Of a stretch of DNA of 64,000 nt, positions 1 to 9,817 are shown piece by piece. How positions within the stretch are numbered: the first letter of the stretch is position 1; each line of letters starts with the position of its first letter. The notes beneath the pieces were generated by a model. The model worked only from the letters and a program-made list of their open reading frames with translations, was not told the origin of the DNA and made no database searches. Position numbers and translations under genes: made by a program. The stretch comes from Candidatus Marinacidobacterales bacterium (GTDB taxonomy: Bacteria; Acidobacteriota; Vicinamibacteria; Marinacidobacterales; DATDRI01). The DNA lies in contig OZ245365.1 in NCBI GenBank assembly GCA_965226495.1, forward strand, positions 704,001 to 768,000, read 5' to 3'.

Positions 1-656
1 CGATAGAGGGTGGTTAGGAAGGCCCACCCGAACGGTATGAGGCGGGCGTGGGAGCGTCCGCTCTTGCGGGGCTGGTAGTTGAAGGGAGTTTCGGAGATGT
101 TACAACCCTTCGCGTAGAGGAGAACCAGGATCTCGGGAAGTACATCGAATTTCTCGGAGCGGAACTCGATCCCCTGGAGCGCCGCCCGACGGTAGAGACG
201 AAAGCCGGTTGAAAGGTCTCGATAAGGAAGGTCCAGCACCAGTCCGTAAACGGTATTGAGGACGCGGCTCAACAGTAGACGGAATTGCGACATGTCCGCG
301 GTACCGCCCTCGACGTAGCGAGAGGCGATGAGAAGGTCGGAAGTCTCTCTCTTGTGGAAAAGATCGGCCACGAAAGACGGTGGGTGAGAATAGTCGGCGT
401 CCATCGTCAGGATGTGCTTCCCCTGGGCCGCCGAGAACCCGGCATGAAGCGCTCCACCGTAGCCGGGTCGTTCTTGTGTGATGACGGAGACGCCATGCTG
501 TCTGGCGACGTCCTGGCTGCCGTCGGAAGAACCGCCATCGACGACTAGGATCTCGTAAGTCACTTGCAAAGCATCGGCGACCCGTTTGAGCTCAGGGAGC
601 AGGAGGGAAAGATTTTTCGCTTCGTTCCAAACCGGTAGAACGATTGTGAGCTTCAC
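1..656 (-). CDS. GT2 glycosyltransferase, polyprenol-phosphate sugar synthase (DPM1-like); runs off the window edge
   Basis: Not in the ORF track. Manual minus-strand translation from GTG 656 gives MKLTIVLPVWNEAKNL...EILVVDGGSSDGS...GYGGAL..GF..AQGKHILTMDADYSHPP...IASRYVEGG...DLSTGFRLYRR, with a DxD motif and classic DPM1-like motifs. Confidence 0.9.
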   Translation of the reverse strand, partial: MKLTIVLPVWNEAKNLSLLLPELKRVADALQVTYEILVVDGGSSDGSQDVARQHGVSVITQERPGYGGALHAGFSAAQGKHILTMDADYSHPPSFVADLFHKRETSDLLIASRYVEGGTADMSQFRLLLSRVLNTVYGLVLDLPYRDLSTGFRLYRRAALQGIEFRSEKFDVLPEILVLLYAKGCNISETPFNYQPRKSGRSHARLIPFGWAFLTTLY

Positions 657-665
657 GAGAGGGTT

Positions 666-671
666 ATCCTA
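666..671 (-). promoter_or_regulatory. Putative -10 box (TAGGAT) 9 nt upstream of GTG 656; leaderless-type
   Basis: TANNNT hexamer with no Shine-Dalgarno between it and the start codon. Confidence 0.4.
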
Positions 672-724
672 TCGTAATTCGATCCATGCGCACCCGGGGG
701 TGGTCGGGAGCGGGCTGGTGGGCA

Positions 725-2515
725 CTAGTTTTCCGTGGCGGGTTCTGGCGGTACGCGCAGGATGCGCAGGGTCGGGCCAACCAGCTTTCCGTCTTCTGGT
801 TTGAACTCGGCGACTTGAGGACAGATGTTAAAGAGCTTTTGATAGTTTTGCGTTTGGCGGTGGTCGGGACCATACCTTTGGTACTGAATGGAAGAGACGA
901 TCAGGTACTCGACGCCATCGGCGCGGTAGTCGCGCACCGCCCGATTGATAATGCGGGCTTCGTTGGTGATTTGATAACGATCGTCGTCCAGCACCACCGT
1001 GCTCCGTTCCACTGCGAAGCGTGTCCCAGGTGGAAACTCTTCTTCGATCCATCGGGCAGCATGTGTTCCTGTGTCGAGCATGTTGACGGCACGGTTGTGC
1101 TGGAGAGACATGTCGATTGGGAACCAGAACGTTGCAACAAGGAGGCCGGTGAGCAGGATTGGTTGAGCAGACAGTTTGATCTTGTCTTGGAGAAGGTTGT
1201 CCGAGGCCGAAGCCAGCTGGTGGATGGCGTATGCGGCCAGTATGGCTATAAATGGATAGACCGGAATGAGGTTGCCAGGGAAAATGACTTTCTGGGAGGA
1301 AAAAAAGGAGTAATAGAGAATGGGGAAGGTCAAGAAAACCGCGGTCGCCCGTTCGAGTCGATAAAGAGCCATTCCCAGCCCACCCAAACCCGCCAACAAA
1401 GCAAGGATGCCCGTACCATAGAGGGCTGCGTAGCGCGCATGCGTGTACCAGTTGTCGACGCCCTCCGCGCCGAGGCGACCGCCGAATCCGTAAGTAAACA
1501 TGGGCTCCGAAATGTTGTTGAGAAACCGAGGGAGATCGGTCATGAAGTAGGGACAGCCCATGAAGAATCCAGCGACCGAGCCCGCTGCGCCGAGATAGAG
1601 GTCGGGGGTAGTGAGGAATCTAGGGCCGCGCCGAAAAACGACCGCCAGCACGAAGGGTAAAAGAACCACCGCCCCGTTGTACTTCGCAGCCACGGTCAGA
1701 CCGATGGCTACCCCGCAAGAAAACGCGAGGACTCTTCCACCTTTGTCCAGATAACTCAGGCCGAGGAGCACGCTGACCGCGGTCATCAGGGTTAGCAAGG
1801 CGTCTGGCTTGTTGTACTGTGAAACTTCGACCGTTCCAGGAAACACCGCGAGCAAAGCCGCAGCGGTCAATCCCACTCCGATGCCGAAGAGCCTTCGGCC
1901 CATGAAGAAGCTGACCAGCACGACAGCCGTGCCCGGAATGACCCCGGCGGCAAATCGCCCCCAGTACAACATGTCCTCGACTGTGAGTTGGTGAACACTC
2001 GACCAGATTCCCTTCGGCACACTTAGCAGGTATACGACGATATAGGTGACGACATTGACGTACGACTTCAAGCTGGGATGGAACCACCAGTGTGGGTTGA
2101 GATCGCCGCGCTTGAGCATCTGGAGGTAGGCGTGGACGAAGTCGTACTCGTCTGGGATGTAACTTTGAGGCAGCCCATAGCTGATACCACTGAGGCGGAG
2201 GGCAAAAGCGATGGCTACGATGAGCGACAGAAGGATGGCAGTTGAGTAGCGGCGGAGGAGACGCGTGATTTGCGCGAGCGAGCGCGGCGCACCGTAGCGG
2301 CGGATCAACATCCACAGCCCGGTAACCGCGACTGCGCTCCATGCCAAGAGCTGCCTGGAGACAGCGTCTTCAGCGAATCGCAAGAAGTAGGCGTTGGTGA
2401 GAATCGTGAACGTCGAAAAGAGCAACAGGAGCCATTCGATGCGATGGCCCCGAGGCTCGTGAGGAAACCATGGGCGATCCGAATCTTCGCTCGGAATGGC
2501 TATTTTTTTCGTCAA
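725..2515 (-). CDS. GT-C membrane glycosyltransferase (ArnT/PMT, GT39/GT83-like)
   Basis: 596 aa polytopic protein. Contains LRLSGISYGLP..YIPDE in the first loop, then KPDA and AAKYNG, plus a C-terminal soluble domain. AGGAG lies upstream of the TTG start. Confidence 0.8.
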   Translation of the reverse strand: MTKKIAIPSEDSDRPWFPHEPRGHRIEWLLLLFSTFTILTNAYFLRFAEDAVSRQLLAWSAVAVTGLWMLIRRYGAPRSLAQITRLLRRYSTAILLSLIVAIAFALRLSGISYGLPQSYIPDEYDFVHAYLQMLKRGDLNPHWWFHPSLKSYVNVVTYIVVYLLSVPKGIWSSVHQLTVEDMLYWGRFAAGVIPGTAVVLVSFFMGRRLFGIGVGLTAAALLAVFPGTVEVSQYNKPDALLTLMTAVSVLLGLSYLDKGGRVLAFSCGVAIGLTVAAKYNGAVVLLPFVLAVVFRRGPRFLTTPDLYLGAAGSVAGFFMGCPYFMTDLPRFLNNISEPMFTYGFGGRLGAEGVDNWYTHARYAALYGTGILALLAGLGGLGMALYRLERATAVFLTFPILYYSFFSSQKVIFPGNLIPVYPFIAILAAYAIHQLASASDNLLQDKIKLSAQPILLTGLLVATFWFPIDMSLQHNRAVNMLDTGTHAARWIEEEFPPGTRFAVERSTVVLDDDRYQITNEARIINRAVRDYRADGVEYLIVSSIQYQRYGPDHRQTQNYQKLFNICPQVAEFKPEDGKLVGPTLRILRVPPEPATEN

Positions 2516-2623
2516 ACGGTCGGGCTCCTACACCCGCAGTGCGCGATCGTAACAATCGTGATGTCCGCCCGTCAATTTACTCGGCTTGCCGAATGCGCAG
2601 AAACGACCGCTCAAGAACCTCGA

Positions 2624-3883
2624 TCAAGAAAGATGCCGGGGCAGTTCGATCGACGGCGACGGGAATCCCTCAACTTCCTCCAGACATCGGGCGTAATCCT
2701 CGAACATTACGTTAGGACTATGCTCCGCCTCGATATACTCTCTCGCCTTTCTCTCTAGCCGTCTTCGGCGATCCGGGGCTCTGACAAGATCGAGCACATC
2801 GCAGAAAAGACCGTCTTCATCGCCGTCCAGGCTCGCTCGTGCCAGGACGTCGTCGGGGAAATCGAGTGCCTGCACCTGATCCGTCACCACCACTGCTCTC
2901 CCGGCCGCTAAGAGACGAAGAAGCGTGGCGGAAGTCTCTCCCGCGGTCGGGTAACGCAGATTCAAACAAAGATCCGCTGCTGCCGCGTAGAGCCAGAATC
3001 TCTGCTCTTCGACTCTTTCGGTCAGCTCCACGTGCTCGGCGACGCCCAGCTGCTCGGCTTCCTCGCGAACGTCGTAGTGGGGCACGGTGCCCCCGACGAG
3101 GATGTACTGCGCGTCGATGCCCTCGTTCAACAAGCGCCGGAGCGAGCGAAGAGCAATGGAGATGCGTTTTTCCGGAGTGACTAAGCCGAAGGACGCTAGG
3201 ATGATCTTCTTTCCGAGTCCGAGACGCTGGCGCGCCTCCTCGCGCGAGACCCCCTCCGGGGCCGCGATGCCCATGCGAACGACCCGTACATTGCTTCCCG
3301 GACAACTTTCGAGGAGCTTATCGCGCGCCGCACCGCTATGAACGAGAACCATTTTGCTCGCGTTGACGAGGAGCTCATGGAGCGGGTACTCGTAGAGAAG
3401 TCTTCCGCCTCCCATCCGTATGGCGATCTCGGCAACCTCGGTGCCTTCAAGGGGGTACGAGGCTTCTACTTCCGAGGTGTACTCGGATAGTTTATCGAAC
3501 GCCCGGTCGCGTTTCGCGGTATTGCCCATGTCGGCTCGGTACTCGACGACCTCGGGGCTTTTCATGTACATGGCGAGACGTGAGTGGTGGAGCACGAGGT
3601 CGTGGAGGACTACCACGCCGGGGTGACGGAATGCGATCGAGTAGATGAAGTCGTGGTGAAGGCTGTTGCCTATCTGGTAGACAGGGATCGCTTTCGGTTC
3701 GACGGTTTGGCGCTGCTCGAATGTTTTCCAGGGATAGCATGGAACGTCGAGCGTTGAGTCGATGGCACCGTTGGTGTAGGCCTCGACGGGAAACTTTGCC
3801 GCGAGTCCTTCGAGAAGGAGGCGACTGTAGTCTGCGACACCTGTGGGTGAAGGTGGCAAAGGCGAGAACAGGGCGACCCTCAT
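2624..3883 (-). CDS. GT4 (GT-B) glycosyltransferase
   Basis: MRVALFSPLPPSPTGVADYS, YQIGNS..H, FGLVTPEKRI and LRYPTAGETSATLLRLLAAG motifs. Confidence 0.88.
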   Translation of the reverse strand: MRVALFSPLPPSPTGVADYSRLLLEGLAAKFPVEAYTNGAIDSTLDVPCYPWKTFEQRQTVEPKAIPVYQIGNSLHHDFIYSIAFRHPGVVVLHDLVLHHSRLAMYMKSPEVVEYRADMGNTAKRDRAFDKLSEYTSEVEASYPLEGTEVAEIAIRMGGGRLLYEYPLHELLVNASKMVLVHSGAARDKLLESCPGSNVRVVRMGIAAPEGVSREEARQRLGLGKKIILASFGLVTPEKRISIALRSLRRLLNEGIDAQYILVGGTVPHYDVREEAEQLGVAEHVELTERVEEQRFWLYAAAADLCLNLRYPTAGETSATLLRLLAAGRAVVVTDQVQALDFPDDVLARASLDGDEDGLFCDVLDLVRAPDRRRRLERKAREYIEAEHSPNVMFEDYARCLEEVEGFPSPSIELPRHLS

Positions 3884-3887
3884 GCTT

Positions 3888-4985
3888 CTACGTCGAAAAG
3901 AAGTTTTTCACTTCGTCCGCCACCCGGTGCGCATCTTCCTCGCCGAGCTCCGGATAGATCGGGAGGCATAGCACCTCGGCGGCCGCTCTCTCGGCAATCG
4001 GGAAACTTCCCGTCTTCAATCCCAAGTGTTGGTATACGGGTTGGAGATGAATCGGGTGGGGGTAATGAATGGCCGATGCGACTCCTCTTTCCTCGAGATG
4101 AAGGCGGAGTGCGTCCCGCCGCGTCGAGCGCACAGTGTACTGGTGATACACCGCTCGACAGCCGGGTGCTTCCTTTGGAAGGCGCAGATCGGCGATCCCA
4201 TGTAGCTCCTGCGAGTAGATCGTCGCGAGGTGTCGCCGTTTTTCGTTCCATCCCTCCAAATGGCGTAGTTTCACGCGGAGGAGGGCGGCCTGAAGATTAT
4301 CGAGACGACTGCTGACTCCCTCGAGGGCGTGCTCGTATTTGGCGTGCTTGCCATGGTTGCTGAGAAGTCGAACACGCTCGATGAGGTTGGTGTCGTTCGA
4401 AACGAGCATTCCCGCATCTCCGGCAGCGCCGAGATTCTTGGTGGGGTAGAAGCTGAAGCACCCGATGGCACCGACGGCGCCGGCTCGCTTGCCCTCGAAC
4501 TCGGCTCCGTGGGCCTGCGCCGCATCTTCGACGATCGTCAACTGGCGAGATACGCGTGCCAAGCCGTTCATGTCGGCCGGATGACCGTAAAGGTGAACGG
4601 GAATGACGGCCTTGGTTTTCTCGCTGAGATGCGATTCCACCGCCTTCGGATCGAGATTCATAGTTTCTTCTTCGATGTCGGCGAAGACCACACGCGCCCC
4701 GTTACGCGATATGGCCTCGGCGGTAGCTATGAAGCTGAAAGGTGTCGTGACCACTTCGTCGCCCGGTCCGAGCCCGAGTGCCTTGAGAGCAAGAAAGAGG
4801 GCGTCGCTGCCGTTGGCCACACCACAGGCCGCGGAGGTCCCGCAAAACGCGGCGAACTCCTTCTCGAACGAGCGGCAGGCCTCGCCTTGGACGAAGGCAC
4901 CTTCTCGCAGGACCTCTTCAACGGCGACGTCGATCTCTTTCTTGAGGCTTCGGTATTGCGCGCTGAGATTGGCGACCGGGATCAT
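3888..4985 (-). CDS. DegT/DnrJ/EryC1/StrS PLP-dependent sugar aminotransferase
   Basis: ANGSDAL, PVHLYGHPADM, EDAAQAHGA and FSFYPTKNLGAAGDAG (PLP lysine) motifs. Confidence 0.96.
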   Translation of the reverse strand: MIPVANLSAQYRSLKKEIDVAVEEVLREGAFVQGEACRSFEKEFAAFCGTSAACGVANGSDALFLALKALGLGPGDEVVTTPFSFIATAEAISRNGARVVFADIEEETMNLDPKAVESHLSEKTKAVIPVHLYGHPADMNGLARVSRQLTIVEDAAQAHGAEFEGKRAGAVGAIGCFSFYPTKNLGAAGDAGMLVSNDTNLIERVRLLSNHGKHAKYEHALEGVSSRLDNLQAALLRVKLRHLEGWNEKRRHLATIYSQELHGIADLRLPKEAPGCRAVYHQYTVRSTRRDALRLHLEERGVASAIHYPHPIHLQPVYQHLGLKTGSFPIAERAAAEVLCLPIYPELGEEDAHRVADEVKNFFST

Positions 4986-6724
4986 GACGGGTCCTCTACG
5001 CTGCTTTCCTGCAACAGTTCATAGACGACGTCCTCACCGAAACGAGCTCGAATGGGCATACGATCGCGATAACGATTCATATCATGCTTCAACTTCTCCC
5101 TTCTGCGCTCGGGGAGCTTATCGTAATGGATGACGATCAACCGAACCGGGACATCTCGCTGGATGAAGCGAAGGATTCCCGAGGTGGGGAAGTATCGCAT
5201 GCGGTCCACCAGAACCCAATAGTCATTGGGCCACCAACCGCTGAAACCGTTGGCGAGCCGTTTCCAGTGAATGGTGGAGTAGTACATGTACATGGACTCG
5301 CGCGTGATGTCTTCGCCCTCGTGAATGGGAAGCTCTAGCACGCCGAAATCCCCCGACTGTGTGGCGAGCCATTGGTACACCGGCGGGATCGATGGCGCCG
5401 GAGGTAGGAACCGGGCAAGGGAATAGCTCTGGTACTCGAAGACCAGCAGGAGGACAAAGGCGGCCCCTAGTCCATGCTGCCAACCGCTCTTCCATCGGCT
5501 CGTCTTCGCCAGCAACCACGCAGCTCCCCAGCCGGCCAAAACGGCAAGCCCTAGCAGGAACAACACCGTGATACGGGCCGGTACCCTCAGACCCTGAAAG
5601 CCGGGGACGCTCCGGTAGAGGACACGGTAGGGGAGAAAGATGGTAGTTTCTCCGATCTCGAGACGAGGACCGAGTGACAGAACGAATCCCGAGATCATGA
5701 GGATCAGGAAAAAGGCCCGCATTACGCGGTGCAACCGTTCCTCGTCGCCTTGTTCTGCGGTCTTCCTACGGCGACTTCCGAAGTAGCCCACGCCTCCCAA
5801 GACGATGGCAAGTATTCCCGGAAAGAGAGCTTTCTCGGAGCGAAGTTGACGAGGAAGATAGTCGACGTAGAAGACCTTGTTCGCGGCGCTGGGTCGGAGG
5901 TAGTCCATCGGCTCGGCGGAGAATTGCAAGACGTCTTCGTAGCGTCGGTAATAACCCTGCTCCACACGATTCCTCTCGTAGGGGAGGAAGAAGGGGAGCG
6001 CGGCGAGAGCAACCCCTGCCACTCCGACACCCATTAGCACCAGCTTCCGACGATCGAAGAGTGGGCGGGTGCTCTTCAGCATGATGAGCAACACCATCCC
6101 AAATAAAGCGAGCGCGAGAGCGAGGTACATCGCGTAGTAGTTGCAGGAGAGGATCTGGAGGATGGCAAAAATGGCTGCGAGAACTATTTGACGCGGCCGG
6201 CCGTCGCGCAGGAAACGGAAAAGGTACAGGAAGACGAAAGGAAACCACTGGTAGCTCAGAAGCTGCACGTGGAAGAGTTGGAGAAAACGGAAGGGAACGG
6301 CTGCGTAGATCACGCCGGACGCGATGGCCGCCCATCGGTTTCCTGTTAACTCATGGACGAGGAGGTACATGCCGATTCCGGAAAGAAAAAACGAGACAAA
6401 GATGGCGAAGTTATAGGTGAAGATGATGTTGCCGCTCACGAGGTAGGCCGGTGCGGCGATGAGCGCCACGCCGAAGAGATGCTCCGAGTACGCGAGCGTG
6501 TCGTGGCGAGGGAAGAAGATGTTCGCGTCGAAGTACGATAACGGGTCGCTCGGCAGGATGTGATAGTTCCAGGCGAGCGCCCACAGATTCAGGAGGGAGT
6601 CCGGGTTCGGGCTGATGCCGTCTCCCATGCGAACCGCGAGTGGCCAGGTCAGGTAGACGGTCAGAACTATGAAGAAAGCTACGATCGCAGACGGCAGCAG
6701 AAATCGGGAGATGCTCGCTTTCAT
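4982..6724 (-). CDS. GT-C-like polytopic membrane protein (YfhO-related); paralog of 35602..37812
   Basis: Many TM helices. Motifs D..LNLWALAW..H, FDANIFFP...LAYSEH, RVPAR and YYSTIHWKRLANGFSG. ATG 6724 overlaps the upstream stop (ATGA). Confidence 0.75.
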   Translation of the reverse strand: MKASISRFLLPSAIVAFFIVLTVYLTWPLAVRMGDGISPNPDSLLNLWALAWNYHILPSDPLSYFDANIFFPRHDTLAYSEHLFGVALIAAPAYLVSGNIIFTYNFAIFVSFFLSGIGMYLLVHELTGNRWAAIASGVIYAAVPFRFLQLFHVQLLSYQWFPFVFLYLFRFLRDGRPRQIVLAAIFAILQILSCNYYAMYLALALALFGMVLLIMLKSTRPLFDRRKLVLMGVGVAGVALAALPFFLPYERNRVEQGYYRRYEDVLQFSAEPMDYLRPSAANKVFYVDYLPRQLRSEKALFPGILAIVLGGVGYFGSRRRKTAEQGDEERLHRVMRAFFLILMISGFVLSLGPRLEIGETTIFLPYRVLYRSVPGFQGLRVPARITVLFLLGLAVLAGWGAAWLLAKTSRWKSGWQHGLGAAFVLLLVFEYQSYSLARFLPPAPSIPPVYQWLATQSGDFGVLELPIHEGEDITRESMYMYYSTIHWKRLANGFSGWWPNDYWVLVDRMRYFPTSGILRFIQRDVPVRLIVIHYDKLPERRREKLKHDMNRYRDRMPIRARFGEDVVYELLQESSVEDPS

Positions 6725-8445
6725 TTCAGTTGCACTTGCAATTCGTGAGCGGCCCAATCCGTCACGAGCTCGACGTATCGATCCTCGCCGATCGTTTCCA
6801 TGGAGAAACTACGTGCTTCCTCGTCGACCAACAGCGTGCTTACCTTCTTGCCTCTTGGTAACAAAACGCTCAAATCCCCTTCGCCTGCGAGGTTGGACTC
6901 ATAGAACAAACGGATCTGCTGTTTCTCCTCATCGTAGCGGTAGCGATAGCGGATGAACGTCTCGGTGGCGGGCTGGTTCAACTGGATTTGCGCCGGCTGA
7001 TCTCCCAAGCGTACCTTGAGCTCCAGCTCGCCTCCGTGGAGGTAGACTCCGAACAACCCTCGGAAGGATGCGGCACCCAAGGCGCCGGCACTTCCCGCGT
7101 AGTTTCGACTACCCCGACCCTGGCCGTTTTTGGTCTGCCACTCGTACAGGCCGCCCGCGGAAGTCACCTTGCGAGCGATTTCCGAGAGATGCCGTCGCGC
7201 TCGCTCCGAGAAACCATTCTCGAACTCCGCGAGGACGAACCTCCCGCCGAACCAATCCCACTGTCCCCCATTCTGGTAGGCGTAGGGCTCCTTCAGCATC
7301 GGATGCGCAAAGAAACCCAGCGGGAAAGCGGGCAGAAGCGACCCCGAGATGGTGGACATGCCTACTTGGGACCTGCGCTCCGCGGCTCGTTCAAAAATGC
7401 TCTTGGCCTGATTCTGATCGGCGACCCCATGAAGAACCGCCAGCGCATTACCACCCATGGCGAAGATGTCCGTGTCGTCTTGCCAGCCGCCGGTTAGAGC
7501 CGGGGTGAGGACGGTGTGCATGCGATAAAAGCCCCTGTCTTCCTGCCACAGATGCCGGTTGATGCTCTCCTTGGTCTGTTCTGCGGTGCGACTCCAAAAC
7601 TCCGCTTGGGAGTCTTCCTCGAGAAGTGCGTACAGTTCGGACAGCTTCGATGCTGCGAAGTAGAACAGGCTGTTCGTATAAAGCCCAATCACTCGTGGAG
7701 TCTCATCGTCTAGATAGATGGCCTTCGGGTCGGGATGGATAGGACTGACGTCTCCCCAGTCGGCGCTGAACCCGCTAACGATCAACCCCGATTCCTGGTC
7801 GCGGCGATCGCTCAGTAGGTATCGAAGTCCTGCGTCGAGACGTTCGATCAAGGCTCGACCTTCAATTTCCTTCCTCAGCCAGTCTTCGTCCCCTGTGACG
7901 CTGTAGATTCGAGCCGCGGCGACCACGGCGCTGCTCTCTTGGTCGGCCTCGACGGTATTCTTGTCGGCCGACAAGACGTCGTCCCCTGATCCATAGATCT
8001 CCTTGGTTTTCGGGGCGTAAGGGATGAAGTGAGACGCCGGGCCGGCCGCGATCCAACCGAATAAGCGACCGTTGCGATCTTGGTGCGCTAAGTGTTCCTC
8101 GAGCCAAGTGGTGAGGTACGCGATCGGGAAGTAGAATCGGGAAACCGGGAGCAGAGTGGCGCTGTCTCTCAACCAGATCTGAGGGTAAACATCACCGGCT
8201 CCGAAGCCCTTGACCGGTCCCAACCGCCCCGCAAAACCTTTTCGGTTGGCCTCGAGCGTCGATTGAAACATGGTCTGCATGCGATAGAGGTACTGGTTTT
8301 CGATGCGGAACCCGCTCGTGGCGTCCGGTGCAGAAAAAGGCCTGTCGACCGTCGAGACGGATGGAGATAGTGACGTCACCCAGAGCGCGCCGGCAATACA
8401 GACGCCGATCGCCGCCAAACGTCCCAAGACTATCTTTCTCGACAA
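6721..8445 (-). CDS. Membrane-anchored (alpha/alpha)6-barrel glycoside hydrolase-like protein
   Basis: N-terminal TM segment. YPQIWLRDS, DWGD, YQNGGQWDW and LYEW resemble six-hairpin glycosidase motifs (GDE_C/GH100-like). Confidence 0.65.
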   Translation of the reverse strand: MSRKIVLGRLAAIGVCIAGALWVTSLSPSVSTVDRPFSAPDATSGFRIENQYLYRMQTMFQSTLEANRKGFAGRLGPVKGFGAGDVYPQIWLRDSATLLPVSRFYFPIAYLTTWLEEHLAHQDRNGRLFGWIAAGPASHFIPYAPKTKEIYGSGDDVLSADKNTVEADQESSAVVAAARIYSVTGDEDWLRKEIEGRALIERLDAGLRYLLSDRRDQESGLIVSGFSADWGDVSPIHPDPKAIYLDDETPRVIGLYTNSLFYFAASKLSELYALLEEDSQAEFWSRTAEQTKESINRHLWQEDRGFYRMHTVLTPALTGGWQDDTDIFAMGGNALAVLHGVADQNQAKSIFERAAERRSQVGMSTISGSLLPAFPLGFFAHPMLKEPYAYQNGGQWDWFGGRFVLAEFENGFSERARRHLSEIARKVTSAGGLYEWQTKNGQGRGSRNYAGSAGALGAASFRGLFGVYLHGGELELKVRLGDQPAQIQLNQPATETFIRYRYRYDEEKQQIRLFYESNLAGEGDLSVLLPRGKKVSTLLVDEEARSFSMETIGEDRYVELVTDWAAHELQVQLK

Positions 8446-8459
8446 ATCGATCCTATGTT

Positions 8460-9611
8460 TTACGGCACCGCTTCGCCCTGTGGACTGAGCTCGCGTCGGG
8501 TGGTCGAGATTTCCGGAATCGTCGCCAGCGCCTCGTGGAGCAGACCGGCAATGTACTGGTTTCCCTCGACCGAGTAGTGCCCGCCGGCGAACTCATGGAC
8601 GCCCGATCCTTTTTGAATGAACAGTTCGGCTAGCTTTCGGGGTGGCAGACTCTGGATCCCCGCGATCAGATCCAAGAAGACAATCTCCCTCTCCGCCAGC
8701 TCTCGTTCAAGAAATCGTCTGAGGGGATGCGATGGGTCCGGGGCGGCGTCGGCCTCGGTCGGCAACAGCACGACCACCAGAAGACTCCTCTGTGAGCGAT
8801 TGAGCTCGCTCAACTGTTCGATAACCCTTAGGAGAATCCTTCTTTGTTCCCTTGGGTTTGGCAAATCCCGTTCTGCCAACGCCGGTAGCACGCCACGCAA
8901 CAACTGCACGGTCCTCAGGTGCTCGAAGGACCGGATGTTTTGCGCGACCCAAGGCGCGTAGAACGCCGCGCGGGGGACCGGAACGTTTTCGACGACCAGC
9001 TCGCCGTCACGGAGTGTCAGGAGCGGTTTCCCATAGCCGTGGAATGAACGCTGCCGCATGCGCCAGAAGTCTGCGGTGATAAAAGTGAAGAGATGAACGC
9101 CAGGCTGAAGGGGGAGCCCGTCGCGCTCGTACCACAAGTACGCCTGATCGATCCCATAACCCCCTTGTCCCATGTTGATGGTCTGAAGACGATCATCGAG
9201 GGTGGTCAGGAGCTGGCACCACGTGTGGTCATTGTCGACCCCGTAGCCGAGGGTGAAGGAATCTCCCGAACAGATGATCCGTAGCTTTCCGTCCGGTGGT
9301 GTCACGTCGTAGTCCTGATTGGCGCGAAACCCCTGGGAGTTCGTTCTGAGGGAGAGCCCCTCGCCGTAAAGGTCTTCGATCTCGATGTTCTCTACGTTCG
9401 CCCAACCGAGAAGCTCGTCGTAGCGGGTATGCTTCCTTTCCGCCAGCGGTCCGCGCGAAGCCCGTGCGATGTCCCGCAAGAAGAGCACCGTGCTCGAGAT
9501 ACCCTCCAGAAGCACCAGCCCCAACAGGATCAAGACGAGGCCCAGCGCCAGGTTCAACGCGCGGGCGCCGAACCGGACTCGAGGTTTTTGCGTCGTTGCC
9601 GAACTTTTCAC
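8460..9611 (-). CDS. Membrane-anchored SGNH/GDSL protein (putative glycan O-acyltransferase or esterase)
   Basis: N-terminal TM, then RTNSQGFR, GDSFTLG, NMGQGGYG and GHYSVEGN. Confidence 0.85.
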   Translation of the reverse strand: MKSSATTQKPRVRFGARALNLALGLVLILLGLVLLEGISSTVLFLRDIARASRGPLAERKHTRYDELLGWANVENIEIEDLYGEGLSLRTNSQGFRANQDYDVTPPDGKLRIICSGDSFTLGYGVDNDHTWCQLLTTLDDRLQTINMGQGGYGIDQAYLWYERDGLPLQPGVHLFTFITADFWRMRQRSFHGYGKPLLTLRDGELVVENVPVPRAAFYAPWVAQNIRSFEHLRTVQLLRGVLPALAERDLPNPREQRRILLRVIEQLSELNRSQRSLLVVVLLPTEADAAPDPSHPLRRFLERELAEREIVFLDLIAGIQSLPPRKLAELFIQKGSGVHEFAGGHYSVEGNQYIAGLLHEALATIPEISTTRRELSPQGEAVP

Positions 9612-9817
9612 TCATGTACTCCAGACCACGGAAAAAGGATAATCTTCCCGCAAAGGCTGATGGTCTGCTACCAGGGTAGGGTGTCCCGCCTTGGCGAGCC
9701 AACTGGATCTTCGCCGCCGTGAACTTCGCAGTCAAACGACCTTGGAAGATGCTCTACCTTGCGTGGGCAATAGGACGGCTTGTGTTGTTCCCCGGATTGA
9801 AGTAACCAGATAGTCTC

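Noticed and set aside
686-1660. Long antisense or alternate-frame ORFs (e.g. 686..1660 +, 60307..61284 -, 41529..42347 -)
   Set aside because: These are shadow ORFs of clear genes in GC-rich DNA and have no recognisable motifs.
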